Shown here: in pieces, positions 11,200-23,206 of the stretch
How positions within the stretch are numbered: the stretch's first letter is position 1
Layout of the letters: every line of letters begins with the position of its first letter
From: Octopus sinensis
Taxonomy: Eukaryota
Reading direction: 5' to 3'
NCBI RefSeq assembly: GCF_006345805.1
Contig: NC_042999.1
Coordinates: 169,198,001 to 169,262,000 of the forward strand
DNA length: 64,000 bases
The notes under the pieces: generated by a model
What the model was told of the DNA's origin: nothing
Databases searched by the model: none
Seen by the model: the letters and a program-made list of their open reading frames with translations, nothing else
Translations under genes and position numbers: made by a program

Positions 11200-13180
11200 G
11201 CCGAAGGCGAGTAGCCAAACGGACTAAAGTATTTTCCTAGTTCAGAATCAGATGATTCCAATAGCAATGATGATATACTGATGAATCAAAGGTACAGGCG
11301 GGCAGCAGTGAATGGCCTTGGACAACTGAATGTTCTGTGGCATGCAAGAGACAATTTCATCTTATGGTATGGATTTACTGATATGCCTGGCATAAAGGCA
11401 AACCTTGAATATGGAAGTTCACCATTGGAAATCTTCCACTAACTTTTGACGGATGAAATGATTTCAGTATATAGTGGATGAAACAAATGACTATGCTGAA
11501 AACCATTCCCAGCATGTCAGACCTGGGCATGGTGGTGATTGGTTTCCAACCATTGGGGGCAAAATCAAAGTTCTGCTTGCCCTCCTGATACTGATGGGCA
11601 TCATCAAGAAACTGACTCTGGCATCATATTGGGATTGGGATCCAGCCATGTTGGCGCCTTTCTTTCTAGAAATGATGCCATGTGATCGATTTCTGGTGCT
11701 TCTTCAAAATCTACATTTCAACTCAGGAGAGAACCAGGATGACAGGCAGCACAAAATATGTCTTATCGTTGACTAAGTGGCTGAAAATTTCAGAATGGTG
11801 TATGTCCCCACACAGGACATTTTTATGGATGAGAGTTTGTGGAAATTCAAGGGAAGGCTCCGATTCAAACAATACAACCTGACCAAATGTGCCTGCTTTG
11901 GAGTCAAGGTTTATAAAGTATGTCAGTCAATTAGTAGAGCCTGTGGGTACTCATGAAATTACAAAATCTACACTTGTCAGGACAGATTGAATCTTCCAGC
12001 GTCTACTCTAGCTTCAACTGATGCCGTGTTGTTGCTGAATGAAAACTTGTTTGACAAAGGCTACAATATTTATATGAACAACTGATTTTCCAGTCCAAAC
12101 CTCTTCCTGCAGCTGCAGGCAAGGAGGACCAATGCCTGTGGAACTGTGAGGATGCACAGTAAAAATATGCTGCCTGATCTTCACAAGATAAAACTTTGAA
12201 AGGAGGAAACAGCATAGTGATGTACCAATAGTAGCATTCTTGCTCTAGTGTGGCATGACAAGAAAAGTGTCTGCATGTTACCCACAATACATTCTGCAAG
12301 CCTGAAGGACACTAGGAAACAAGATATGGACAGTAATGCCATAATGAAACCAAGTGTAATTGTTTCATACAATGAAGGGATGGGTGGGGTCAATTACTCA
12401 GGTCAACTGTCGATGACACACAAATCGGTGAGAAAGTTTGTGAAATGGTACAAAAACATTTTCTTATATATAGTTGACATGTGTGTTATGAACTCACATT
12501 TGATTTGGCAGATACTTAGTGATGTGGAGGATGGATTGACATTCAGGAATCTATAGTTCCATGAAATGAAAGAAGCATCAGACCTGCCAAAGTACGGAAC
12601 ACATGGACATCCCAATGCTGAACTCTGTCCTCACTGCATGGTGAAGGGACATGGACATTTCCACAACTGTTTCCACCCACTGCTAAGAAGATAAATGCTT
12701 CAAAGAGATGCACAATATGTAAAGCAAAATGGAAACATAATGAAACTAGATACCATTGTTCACAATGTGATATGCCATTGTGTGTGTGACACTCTGTTTT
12801 AAACTCTAAAGTCAGTTTTTGAATTCATGTGATTGTAAATACATGAAGTTAATCTGACTTATGCTGTCGGGTGATCTTATTCAGGAATAGTATTGCATGA
12901 GTGTCCTGCACAGAGATATAGTTTAGGCAAATAAACAGTACTTGCACTAAAGCGGTTGATGTAAATATACACCGAACGTTATCATACACTGAGGGCTGAC
13001 CTCAAATGGGTGCGATTACCATTGCCACTTGCAGGCAATGGAATGAATCACCACTGTAAACTTGTTAAAGTGGTTGATGTAAATATGACAAACCATTGTA
13101 CGCTAATTGCTGATCTCAGCCGAGATGATTACTGTCAATGCAACTTAGTTGCTTGATAAAAAGAAACCATTGTCATGGGG
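11200..13180 (+). mobile_element. piggyBac (PGBD4-like) transposon remnant
   Basis: VDETNDYA, MDESLWKFKGR, NACGTVR, YNEGMGGVN..Q and a C-terminal Cys cluster (RCTIC...YHCSQCDMPLC); right end GGGG followed by TTAA at 13181; left end not found. Confidence 0.85.
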
Positions 13181-13199
13181 TTAATATCTAGATAGAAAC

Positions 13200-13485
13200 A
13201 TTGTTGATGAAACAAACACAAACTCATTTGGTGCTAATTACCCATATATATATATATATATATATATTGTTTTCTCCACAACGGTTTCAAAAAAACCTTT
13301 CCAGTAAAAGTAACATAGTCCAATGGTTGAGGATCAGGAGGAAGATTGTGTTGTGGACCAGTCTTTTTTGTAAAATCTGGAATTGTGGTGGATGTAATTT
13401 TCAATCATGTTGCTGTAATGTTTTGAATATTGTCATTCTCATCACTTTCGTTATCAACATCTTCATCTGAAGACAAATCACTGAT
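13200..13485 (-). mobile_element. second piggyBac-like N-terminal fragment
   Basis: Minus-strand DLSSDEDVDNESDENDN...PDFTKKTGPQHNLPPDPQPLDY resembles the acidic N-terminus and GP..L....PLDYF motif of piggyBac transposases. Confidence 0.5.
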
Positions 13486-13486
13486 G

Positions 13487-13697
13487 TTTACTCTTTTACT
13501 TGTTTCAGTCATATGACTGTGGCCATGCTGGAGCACCGCCTTTAATTGAGCAACTCGACCCCGGGACTTATTCTTTTGTAAGCCCAGTACTTATTCTATC
13601 GGTCTCTTTTGCCGAACCGCTAAGTAACGGGGACATAAACACACCAGCATCGGTTGTCAAGCAATGCTAGAGGGACAAACACAGACACACAAACACA

Positions 13698-13769
<72 letters not shown>

Positions 13770-13785
13770 CATATATACGACGGTT
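13487..13785 (-). mobile_element. SINE family 1, antisense, 5'-truncated just past a long (TA)n
   Basis: Reverse complement of the 3' half of family 1; about 30 TA units at 13702-13763. Confidence 0.9.
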
Positions 13786-13829
13786 TGTCCCCCCACCTGC
13801 TGACCACTGAGCAGAAAGAACGTGTTGAG

Positions 13830-14492
13830 TCTGTCAAGGTCTTTTTCAATGTGTTGTTGATGACTCATTCTTCATGTCGAGGGTCCTGAGATGAAGCACC
13901 AGTCATCACAATGGAAGGGTGCTTCATCTCCATTGAGCTGCAGCTCAGTCAAGAACATGCTCATTGTTTTTTTGATATCCATGGTATTGTGCATCAAGAA
14001 TTTGTTTCCCAGGGCCAGACTGTCAATTGAGAGTTCTACTGCAATCTTTTGAAATGTTTGAGGGAGGACATTCGGTGGAAGCAACCAGATCTGTGGAGCA
14101 TGAAGAAAAGGATTTTTCATGATAACAATACACCCTGTCACCAAACTCTCCTCACTTGTGAGTTTCTCACCAAAAGTGACATGATATTGCTTCTGCATCC
14201 TCTCTATTCACCAGATTTAGCACCTGCCGACTTCCATCTTTTCCTTGAGATGGAAAGGTTGCTTAGAGGTTCCCATTTTAACACCATTGTTGAGATTCAG
14301 AGCGAATCGCAGAAGATCCTCAACTCATGGAAAACAATTTCCAGGCCGGATTCCAAAAGTGGTGAGAATGCTGGGACTGCTGTATTGTAGCACAAAGTCA
14401 CTATTTCAAAGGAGATGATGTTAAAACTTACGTAAATAAGTTATTTTTTTTATTAAATATAACTAGTCTGGGAACTTTTTGATACCACTTCA
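13830..14492 (+). mobile_element. mariner (DD34D-type) transposase 3' remnant with right TIR-like end
   Basis: VFFDIHGIVHQEFV, HPLYSPDLAPADFHLF; end sequence gtctgggaactttttgataccacttcaTA. Confidence 0.8.
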
Positions 14493-15143
14493 TACAGTGG
14501 TATAAAATATGTTCCATTATTATTAATGGAAAGAAATTATAGTATGCATCAGTCATTACTGACAGTGTTTTTGTTTTCACAAGTGAAAAACTTCAGAAAA
14601 TTAAAAGATTTCCATGTTAATTTTTAAAGAAAGGCTTTTTAAAGAGGCTGACTCTAGGCTTATTGATAGTGATAACCGGTTGAAACTGAAATGAGGTACA
14701 TTCTTGTTAGCTGTGTTTTACTCTTTCATTTTTCTTATTTCTTCTGACTGGTAGCAAGCATAAACCAGTAAAATCTTCCAACAATGTTTTTTAAAGTTAA
14801 ATATACACATATTTTTGTTAGCTTAATTAACTTGATAAGCTTGATTTTGTAATAAAAGATTATGAATGATATTCCATTATATATTTAAAAACATGTTTTA
14901 GATAAGGCACCTGTAATTTTTCTATGCCAGTTATTTTGTTCTACCTGATGACTAATGTGTTCAGCAACTATTTTTGAAATCTTGCTGCTTTCTTTAACTT
15001 TTATTTTCTAGAGAACTAATATTTTTGTTGCGTTCCGCATCCTCCTGCTAAATATCTTTATGTTTTTTGTTTTAAATCATTTTAACTCTATGTAATATTT
15101 TGTACATATTTTTATTTACATTCATTGATATTTTCTGTTTCAG

Positions 15144-15216
15144 GTTTCTTAAAGAAGCTGTCAATTCTGAAATGTGACCAGAACAGACTTGCAACATTAA
15201 CTGCACAGATAGGAAA
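15144..15216 (+). CDS. scrib: Scribble exon C (LRR): (G)FLKKLSILKCDQNRLATLTAQIG(N)
   Basis: tgtttcAG acceptor, GTAAGT donor at 15217; phase 1/2. Confidence 0.95.
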
Positions 15217-15268
15217 GTAAGTTCATCAATTCGTTTCTGTTCAAAATTTTACTTAGATATACGTCAAC

Positions 15269-15776
15269 TATTGAATACTATAATCATTCTCTGAATTTAT
15301 TTATGAAATACACCACCACTGCCCATTGTTCTCCAGTCAATGAATCTATATATTGTCCTTTCAATTTTTCTCCTAACCAGCCCATCAACTACTTTGTATG
15401 CCATGTTTCTCTATTTACAAGTAATTTTTCAAGTTGAATGAATAACTTTTTTGACAGTCAGCTTCTGTTGAACTGGAGTCATTTCTCTATGTGTAGACAT
15501 CTTCCAAACACTACCCTTCTACAATCCAAACTAAACATGAAAAACTGCCTCTTGCATCTTGCCCATGATGCCAATATTACCCATTTTCCATATACTTAAT
15601 TCTGATAAGCAGCAGTGTTATTGAATGCTATAATCATTCTCTGAATTTATTTATGAAATACACCACCACTGCCCATTGTTCTCCAGTCAATGAATCTATA
15701 TATACTGTCCTTTCAATTTTTCTCCTTCTAACCAGCCCATCAAGTGCTTTGTATGCCATGTTTCTCTATTTACAAG
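15269..15776 (+). repeat. Direct repeat, ~153 bp x2 (15269-15421, 15619-15776)
   Basis: Both copies read ttgaat.ctataatcattctctgaatttatttatgaaatacaccaccactgccc...tttctctatttacaag. Confidence 0.92.
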
Positions 15777-15926
15777 ATATGATTCAGTTTTAAGCATTTT
15801 TTTCAGTTGAATTTCAGTTATCACTTCAGAATTTATACTATTGAAAAATAAAGAGTTTATTGTATATACTATCTATGTATTATATATACTTATACTATGT
15901 TCACTGTATTTCTTTTCCTCTTTCAG

Positions 15927-15972
15927 TTGTGAATCTCTCCAAGAAATGATTCTGACTGAGAATTTCTTGACT
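15927..15972 (+). CDS. scrib: Scribble exon D (LRR): (N)CESLQEMILTENFLT
   Basis: Long pyrimidine tract + tttcAG, GTAAGT donor at 15973; phase 2/0. Confidence 0.93.
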
Positions 15973-16262
15973 GTAAGTGCCCCTGCAACACAGCAAATTG
16001 TTATCCCTCTCGTTATTTAAATGATCTTACAATATTGAGATGAACTTATTTAGACAAACTTACAATAACTAAAGTTAAAGAGTTACTATTAACTGCAATG
16101 TTATTAAACTTTTCTTGCAACCAGTGTTGTGTACTGGTATACAAATTGCCTTATTCGATTTGTCATAGTCAACCTATTTAAAAAGCCTTTCTTTATAAGT
16201 TAACATGGAAATATTTTAATTATCTGAAACTTTTTACTTATGATAACAAAAAAAAACAAATA

Positions 16263-16433
16263 GGCGCAGGAGTGACTGTGTGGTAAGTAGCTTGCTAAAC
16301 AACCACATGGTTCCGGGTTCAGTCCCACTGTGTGGCATCTTGGGCAAGTGTCTTCTACTATAGCCTTGGGCCGACCAATGCCTTGTGAGTGGATTTGGTA
16401 GACGGAAACTGAAAGAAGCCTGTCGTATATATG

Positions 16434-16466
<33 letters not shown>

Positions 16467-16685
16467 ATGTGTTTGTGTGTCTGTGTTTGTCCCCCTAGCA
16501 TTGCTTGACAACCGATGCTGGTGTGTTTACGTCCCCGTCACTTAGCGGTTTGGCAAAAGAGACCAATAGAATAAGTACTGGGCTTACAAAGAATAAGTCC
16601 CGGGGTCGATTTTCTCGACTAAAGGTGGTGCTCCAGCATGGCCGCAGTCAAATGACTGAAACAAGTAAAAGAGAGTAAAAGAGTA
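16263..16685 (+). mobile_element. SINE family 1 copy
   Basis: Full length, high identity to the other copies. Confidence 0.9.
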
Positions 16686-16906
16686 TACAAAATGAAATTA
16701 TGAAATAAGAATGAAGTAAAAAATGGGCGAAAAGGTCAAAATGGCTCTCACTTTCTGTACTGTGAATCAATTTGAATATCTTTCAACATAAGATTTTAGA
16801 TATTTTTTAAAGTCAACAGTCAAGAAAATGATTGGGATTTGTTATTCTTTGATTGTAAGAATGACAGTGTAATATTTACTTTAAATACATAAATAAACAA
16901 CTTAAA

Positions 16907-16950
<44 letters not shown>

Positions 16951-17022
16951 TAAAGCTTTCTTTCATACTTATACACTCCAATATACACATCACCTACTGA
17001 TATTGGTTATCTTCATTTTCAG

Positions 17023-17106
17023 GAACTGCCAATAACCATTGGGAAATTGGGAAATATGAACAATCTCAATGTAGACCGCAACCGTCTGACAGATATTCCT
17101 ATAGAG
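17023..17106 (+). CDS. scrib: Scribble exon E (LRR): ELPITIGKLGNMNNLNVDRNRLTDIPIE
   Basis: ttttcAG acceptor. The GTTGGT donor at 17107 is required to keep frame with the next exon (IPIE|IGKC); phase 0/0. Confidence 0.92.
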
Positions 17107-17369
17107 GTTGGTACATGTTTTTAGTTTTATCAGAACAGGTTTTATATTATCATCACCTTCATCATTATTATTTGAGGATGGCAGAAATGCCACAGTACCT
17201 GATTAAATGGCTTGCTGAATTTAATTACATCCCTCTGAGTTTATATCTTGCCAGGGTCTACTTTACGTGTCATTCTTGCAGAATCAATAAAATCAGTAAC
17301 AATCAAATACTGGAATTGATTCACTACACATTTCCTTTAAAATTTGTTTTCTTGTGTCAGTGTTAGAAA

Positions 17370-18330
17370 TGCCCTAATGCAGTACCAGGCAGTGGCTCTC
17401 ATGGTTTCTGATCTTAACTGATTGGAAGTGTTTACATGTTTTGTTTTGGTGTAAAAGATGGACTGCAGCAATTATTCTGCTCAGTACCACAGATTTGCTT
17501 GTCAGTTGCTTGACCTTAACCAGTTGAACATTTCCCTTAGTGTCTGATGATATATGCATCTCTGGTCAGAAGCAGTAGTGGGGGAACATCATAGTCATGG
17601 GTTGAGAAGGATTCTTTAGGGTTTGAATAATTCACCTCTGGAAACTTGGGTGTTTTGTTCATCATCCTTAAACAAACTTTATTCGGGAACCTTTTGAGTA
17701 TGATGGGCTACTTGATCTGAAGAAAATTCTAACAGGGCTCCACTTGCAAGGTCACATGCTGTTTATCTTGATATGAGATCACCATGCTATGCACATATGG
17801 TTGTGATGCATATACCTGGTGTACCCTAGTGTCACTTTCATGGCATGCATTGCTCTCTCACTCAATAATAATAATGATAAATGCCCTGATGCAGTACCAG
17901 ACAGTGGCTCTTGTGGCTTCTGATCTTAATTGATTGGAAGTATTATCATGTACATTGTTTTGTCTTGGTATAAAAGATGTTAATTACATTGACCCCAGCG
18001 CTCAACTGGCTTATTTTATTGGCCCCGAAATGATGAAAGGCAAAGTTGATTTTAATGAAATTTGAATTTAGAATGTAAATTGCCAGAAGAAATGTTGCTA
18101 AGCATTTTGTCCTTTGTGCTAACAATTGTGCAAGCTTGCCATTTTAATAATAATAATAATAATATTAATAATAATAATAATAATCCTTTCTACTTTTGGC
18201 ACAAGGCTTGAAATTTGGGGAGAGGGGTCTAATGTTTCACTAGTACTTTTTTTGCTGATCCCGAAAGGATGAAAGGCAAGGACAATCTCAGCAGAATTTG
18301 CAATTAGATTGTAAGCACACTGTACAAAAT
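17370..18330 (-). mobile_element. Cluster of retroposon 3' ends with (TTA)n tails, incl. two SINE family 3 copies
   Basis: aatgccct.atgcagtacc recurs at 17368 and 17880; gaccccag..ctcaactgg...gatgaaaggcaa motifs at ~17990 and ~18250; (AAT)n runs on the + strand. Confidence 0.6.
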
Positions 18331-19399
18331 GCTGTTAAGCACTTTGTCCAGTATCCAATTCTGTCATATTGGTACCTTAATAATAATAATGATGATGTTA
18401 TTAAAATGATTACATACTATAATGTTGTCTTGAGGTTTGGTGACATACAGTCTCCTCAGATCTCAAGAATCTTAGGATTTATAGATGGCCAAAGTCTCAC
18501 ATGGTGAAACCATTTAATGACAACTCCATTCAGAAGGCTGGAATAATACCAGAGGGGAAAGAGACGCACAACTGAGTAGAATGTTTAAGAGAAGATTTAT
18601 TGGTATGTTAATGTGTATGTCTGTGTGTGCGCCATGTATACAGCATAATAGACAGGCCATCATGAGAACAAAGCGTATGTGTATAGGCATGGATGATGCA
18701 TGTGTGTTGAGTGCATATAAAAATAGCAATAAAGAGGACAGTGAAAGAGTTTATAATGAGAAGCTAGACGAATGTTCATAGACCAAGAATGAAGAATACC
18801 AGTTCGTAGTCAATAGCAGACGGTAGTTGAAATATTGTATCAAGAAGTTGCGGCGATGATGCAGAGCTGGAATTGCGGTACATGTCGTATGAAGTTGTGG
18901 CTGTAATGCTACTGCCTGGGTCACTTGTACAGGAGTTCTCACAGGTTGTATATTTGTTGTTAACCATGCTGAATTAATTAACAAATAGTGCAGTATTGGA
19001 ACCTGTGCAAGTCGCTTGTTGAGCTGTGTATATAGAGATGACGTTGATGTTAAGAAGATGATGGTGGTGATGAAGATGGAGGTTTGTAATGCTGTTGGAC
19101 AGGTCATCTGGCATTGTCGCTGGAACTGGCTGTGTCTTGTGTGGTCAGTGGCTAGACCTTAAAAGGTCTGGAAGCAAAGACCACAAGTCAAGGAGAAGAT
19201 GATATATTTTTTATAAGGAACAGTTGGATTGTGAACAGATTGTCTCATGTGATCTTATTTAGAGCTCCGATTGATTATACGCTGCAGATTGGTGCAACAT
19301 AGTAAGAGACAACAGGGTCCAAATAGCAGCCAAAGGTTAGCTGTTATCTGCTACATTCAAATGTACATATATATAATAAAAGGCAGAAGAATTTCACTA

Positions 19400-20330
19400 G
19401 AGTGTACACTACAGATGTTTGCAGAAAACAGGAATGCACTTTTCTGCAGGTCTCAATTCCAGTATTCTTCAGACGCTTAGGTACTAGTCTTCTGCAATGT
19501 TTTCATCTCTCAGGCTGGATCTTGATATTTCTCAACTTATTTGGTATCCACTCTATTACCATAAGGTATTGCAACATCTATGATCTTACACTATTTGTTT
19601 TTATTTGTCCACTATGATCATAGTTAATCTTCTTGTTCAGTCTTTATGTCAGAATCCCATAAAATCCTGTAATTATTATTCTATATCACAGCCTTTGGTT
19701 CAGATTCATCTGTCTTTTCTGCTACTTTGAATCCACACACTTAGTTAACATCTCAATGCACTTTTTTCTGACACAATCATGCCTGTGCTTATACTCTTTC
19801 TATGCTAGCTTACTGCATTTATTTAAGAGATGGTCAATACTTTCATTTCCTTTTCCACAGATTCTGTGTTTGCTCTCTGACAGAGTTTTATCAATATTTG
19901 TCTTTATCATTCTAATTTCTTGCTCCTAAGCAACTATATTTAGATCTTTCATTTCTCATTTTTGCTTTCTGTCTATCAGCCACAACGAGCATTCTTTAGT
20001 TCCAAAATCCTTGATTTGTTGCATAAATTGGCTATGTAATTCCATTTTTCTCCATCTACTTATTCTGTTGTTTTACCGCCTGTTCTTGAATGCTCTTACT
20101 GTTTCATTTATTGTTTGATATTTCTAGTTGTGCATACTATTCTTCCTTCACTACATACAACACAGTTTAGCAATCCTCTGCAACCTTCCTTTCAGGTAGG
20201 TAGAGCCTGTCAGTATTACTTTTAGGATGGTATACATTGTACATTGTGAGTAGCTTCTTAGTACTTCTGTTTAAGCCGTGTAGCTTTTAGAAAAGGACAG
20301 TCCACTATCTCAGTCCACTGTTCCTTGAAA
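19400..20330 (-). mobile_element. R4/Dong-like LINE C-terminal remnant (CCHC + RLE)
   Basis: Minus-strand MYNVYHPKSNTDRLYLP, RICGKGNESIDHLLNKC..LA..EYKHRHDCV, ILWD, IIDVAIP. Confidence 0.75.
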
Positions 20331-20849
20331 ACGCTGTCAAAGTGCGGAAGGAAAGCAACATTCATGTGTTTGAAACTAGAAAGCTCATGCCTGTTGCAAT
20401 CCATCTTGCACTTAATTCTAACTTTGTTGTTACAGCTTCATTAGTTGAGTCCAACCGACAGCTTTCATGCACACATGTTTCACTTGGACGGCACCCTTTA
20501 TATTTCACTGCAAAGTAATGGTCAAAGGGCCATTCTTGCCACTAGCACTATTCTTACAATATCTCCTCTATGAAACTAGTTTTTCTTCTATTTCATTGTT
20601 ACAACTAAAAAATGCTTCTCTGACTTTTCATTATAGTGAAACCCATCAACTGTTGTTGATGATGGCCCCTGTCAATTTCCACTTCACTAGTGCATAGTCA
20701 AATCCCTGAAATCTTCTTGCACCATTCATTTTCCTGTAACCAGGTCCTTGTCTATTTGTCTTGCTAAAATGATTGTAAAGGTTACGAATTTGTGGTGTGA
20801 AGCTGTGGACAACTTATACTAAATTATTTGCAAACCTGACAAAAATCCT

Positions 20850-21400
20850 ATCTAAATGATCCACTATGATTTTGATCATGCCTATATTAGCACATTAGGG
20901 GAATTGGGGCAAAACCTGTCAGGCAGTTGGCTGTGCTAGAGATTTTTTTCAAGGATTTTGCACCCTACTCTCCTATCCATTGTTCCCATATAGTCTTCCC
21001 ATTAACATTGAAGACTAAAGAAACCTGGCTGTTGAATCATAAAGAGCCACTAGTCTGAAGGCAGCATTATCACCCTTATTGCTGCTTACATCCAAAGGTA
21101 TCAGTCTATCAACCAGGATTAGAAAAACTGCACTCACCTTTATGTCAAGGCCATTCTGAAACAGCACTGCCATACCACTTAATCCAGGCCTACTTCACTT
21201 AATCTGGATAAGTGGCTTAGGCCACATAGGCTTCTAAAAGATAGGTAAATTACTGTGTTTTAGAAGTCCTGGTTTCACTAATGGCTACTGCATTCCTACA
21301 TGGTAACATGAGATAACTGATCAGATGTCCCGGCTTCCCTGTCTCTCCACCATGAGCATTTATACATCCTATTCTCAATATTGCTATTTCAGGAGGAAGG
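20850..21400 (-). mobile_element. L1/Tx1-like apurinic endonuclease remnant
   Basis: LRIGCINAHG, AVAISETR, AVLFQNGLDIKV and AFRLVALY match exonuclease-endonuclease-phosphatase motifs. Confidence 0.55.
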
Positions 21401-21728
21401 AAAGAAACAAACAAAATAAAAAAAAGAGGGTCAGTCACTTAACCTAATTTTTGGTTTATTCTTTTTCAGGGCCTTTGTACTTTTCAAGTCCTCCAAAATT
21501 TTTCTGTTCAATAAATTTTTAGAATGTTCCACAGCATGTGGCCAATGCTTTCTTAAAACACAGCATATTGTCAGTGTAGTTGAACACTTGTCAGCTGGAA
21601 CTCTTGTTGTAACTGATGGAAAGTCTGACCATTATGTAGTTCTTAGTAGTACTTTCTCTTGTAGTGTTTTGGAAGGGGAGAGTGCACCAAAGCCCTCACC
21701 TGTTGTTAAAATTTTGCCCACAAACATA

Positions 21729-22090
21729 GGCGCAGGTGTGGTTGTGTGGTAAGAAGGTTGATTCTCAACCACATGGTTCTGGGTTCAGTCCCACTGCGTG
21801 GCACCTTCAGTTAGCATCTTCTATAGCATTGAACTGACCAAAGCCTTGTGAGTGAGCTTGGTAGGCAGAAACTGGAGAAAGCCCATCATGTGTGTGTGTG
21901 TGTGTGTCTGTCTGTGTTTGTTCTTGGCAACTGGTATTAGTGTGTTTACATCCCTGTAACTTGGCAGTTCAACAAATGAGACCAATAAAATAAACACCAG
22001 GCTTTAAAAAAAGTACTTGGGTTGGTTCATTCAACTAAAACCCTTCAGGGTGACGCCTCAGTCTAATGACTGAAGCAAATTAAAATAAAC
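21729..22090 (+). mobile_element. Older diverged SINE family 1 copy
   Basis: Same layout with many substitutions; internal (TG)n. Confidence 0.8.
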
Positions 22091-22134
22091 TCTTCATTTT
22101 CCTTTAACTTTCAGATAACTTTTCCTTTCAGTGC

Positions 22135-22465
22135 CGCCCTGACTGGCTTCCGTGCTGGTGGCACGTAAAAAGCACCACCCGATCATGGCCGTTGCCAGCC
22201 TTGCCTGGCCTCCGTGCCGGTGGCACGTAAAAAGCACCATCCGACCGTGGCCGTTTGCCAGACTTGTCTGGCACCTGTGCAGGTGGCACATAAAAAGCAC
22301 CCACTACACTCACGGAGTGGTTGGCGTTAGGAAGGGCATCCAGCCGTAGAAACATTGCCAGATCAGACTGGGCCTAGTGCAGCCTTCTGGCTTCCCAGAC
22401 CCCAGTTGCACCGACCAACCCATGCCAGCATGGAAAGCGGACGCTAAACGATGATGATGATGATG
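22135..22465 (+). mobile_element. 3' end of RTE-type LINE (5'-truncated) with (GAT)n tail
   Basis: Three ggtggcac.taaaaagcacc repeats, ggaagggcatccagccgtagaa, (GAT)n tail; related ends at 24300-24600(-), 27560-27990(-), 32240-32455(+). Confidence 0.8.
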
Positions 22466-22609
22466 TATAATTGAAGGGGCTTGTTCATGAATGGTTGCTG
22501 TAGCTGCTCTGTCTCTTGTGGCTGGGATGGTTGTTGTCTTGGTTGCTTTTAATGATGCTTTCTGTTCCTCATTTTCATGCATCTCTCATTGTTGCTGTAA
22601 ATGTTGTTT

Positions 22610-22649
<40 letters not shown>

Positions 22650-23090
22650 GATTTATTCTATAAGATAAGTTGCTTTTTAAACATTCAAATGGACCTATTG
22701 ATCATTGTATAACCATTTCTAATAAAAGTAAAAGGCTACAAATATGTAGGAGGGGTTAGTCAATTAAATCAACCGCAGTAATCAACTGGTACTTTATTTC
22801 ATCAACTCCAGAAGATCGATAGGCAAAATTAACCTCATCAGCATTTTATCTCATTCTGTCAAGAGACAGAACAAATAAATTATGGCATTTCATCTGATGC
22901 TTTAGCAGTTTTGCTCTGCCTCATCTAATGAACTAAGAAATACTCCCTGTTATGTTATAAGCTGCTGCTTTAATATGTACTGAGTTTTATTGTTAATCTT
23001 AATTTGAATTGTTAAACATATACGTGACTTATTTCTTTGCTTTTTTGAAAATTGCTGTAGATATGATTTACTGTTGTCTGTTCTTTTTAG

Positions 23091-23206
23091 ATTGGAAAAT
23101 GTTCCAAACTTGGGGTTTTATCTCTGCGAGATAACCGCTTGCTTCGACTTCCCCAAGAATTGGGCAATTTGAAGGAACTTCATGTCATGGATGTTTCAGG
23201 AAACAG
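23091..23206 (+). CDS. scrib: Scribble exon F (LRR): IGKCSKLGVLSLRDNRLLRLPQELGNLKELHVMDVSGN(R)
   Basis: ttctttttAG acceptor, GTTTGC donor at 23207; phase 0/2. Confidence 0.95.

Noticed and set aside
11100-11250. Left terminus for the 11.2-13.2 kb piggyBac
   Set aside because: No TTAA-CCCC match to the right end was found, so the element is reported as a remnant only.
17107-17116. Alternative donor GTACAT at 17111 for exon E
   Set aside because: It shifts frame relative to exon F; GTTGGT at 17107 gives the expected LRR continuation, and nothing supports use of the second site.
18518-19299. Possible solo LTR (TG...CA, minus-strand AATAAA, GC-richer)
   Set aside because: No matching TSD, second LTR or PBS/PPT found; cannot be supported without a database search.
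20340-20760. Weak FLYWCH/MULE-like translation on the minus strand
   Set aside because: Too degraded (stops in all frames) to assign.
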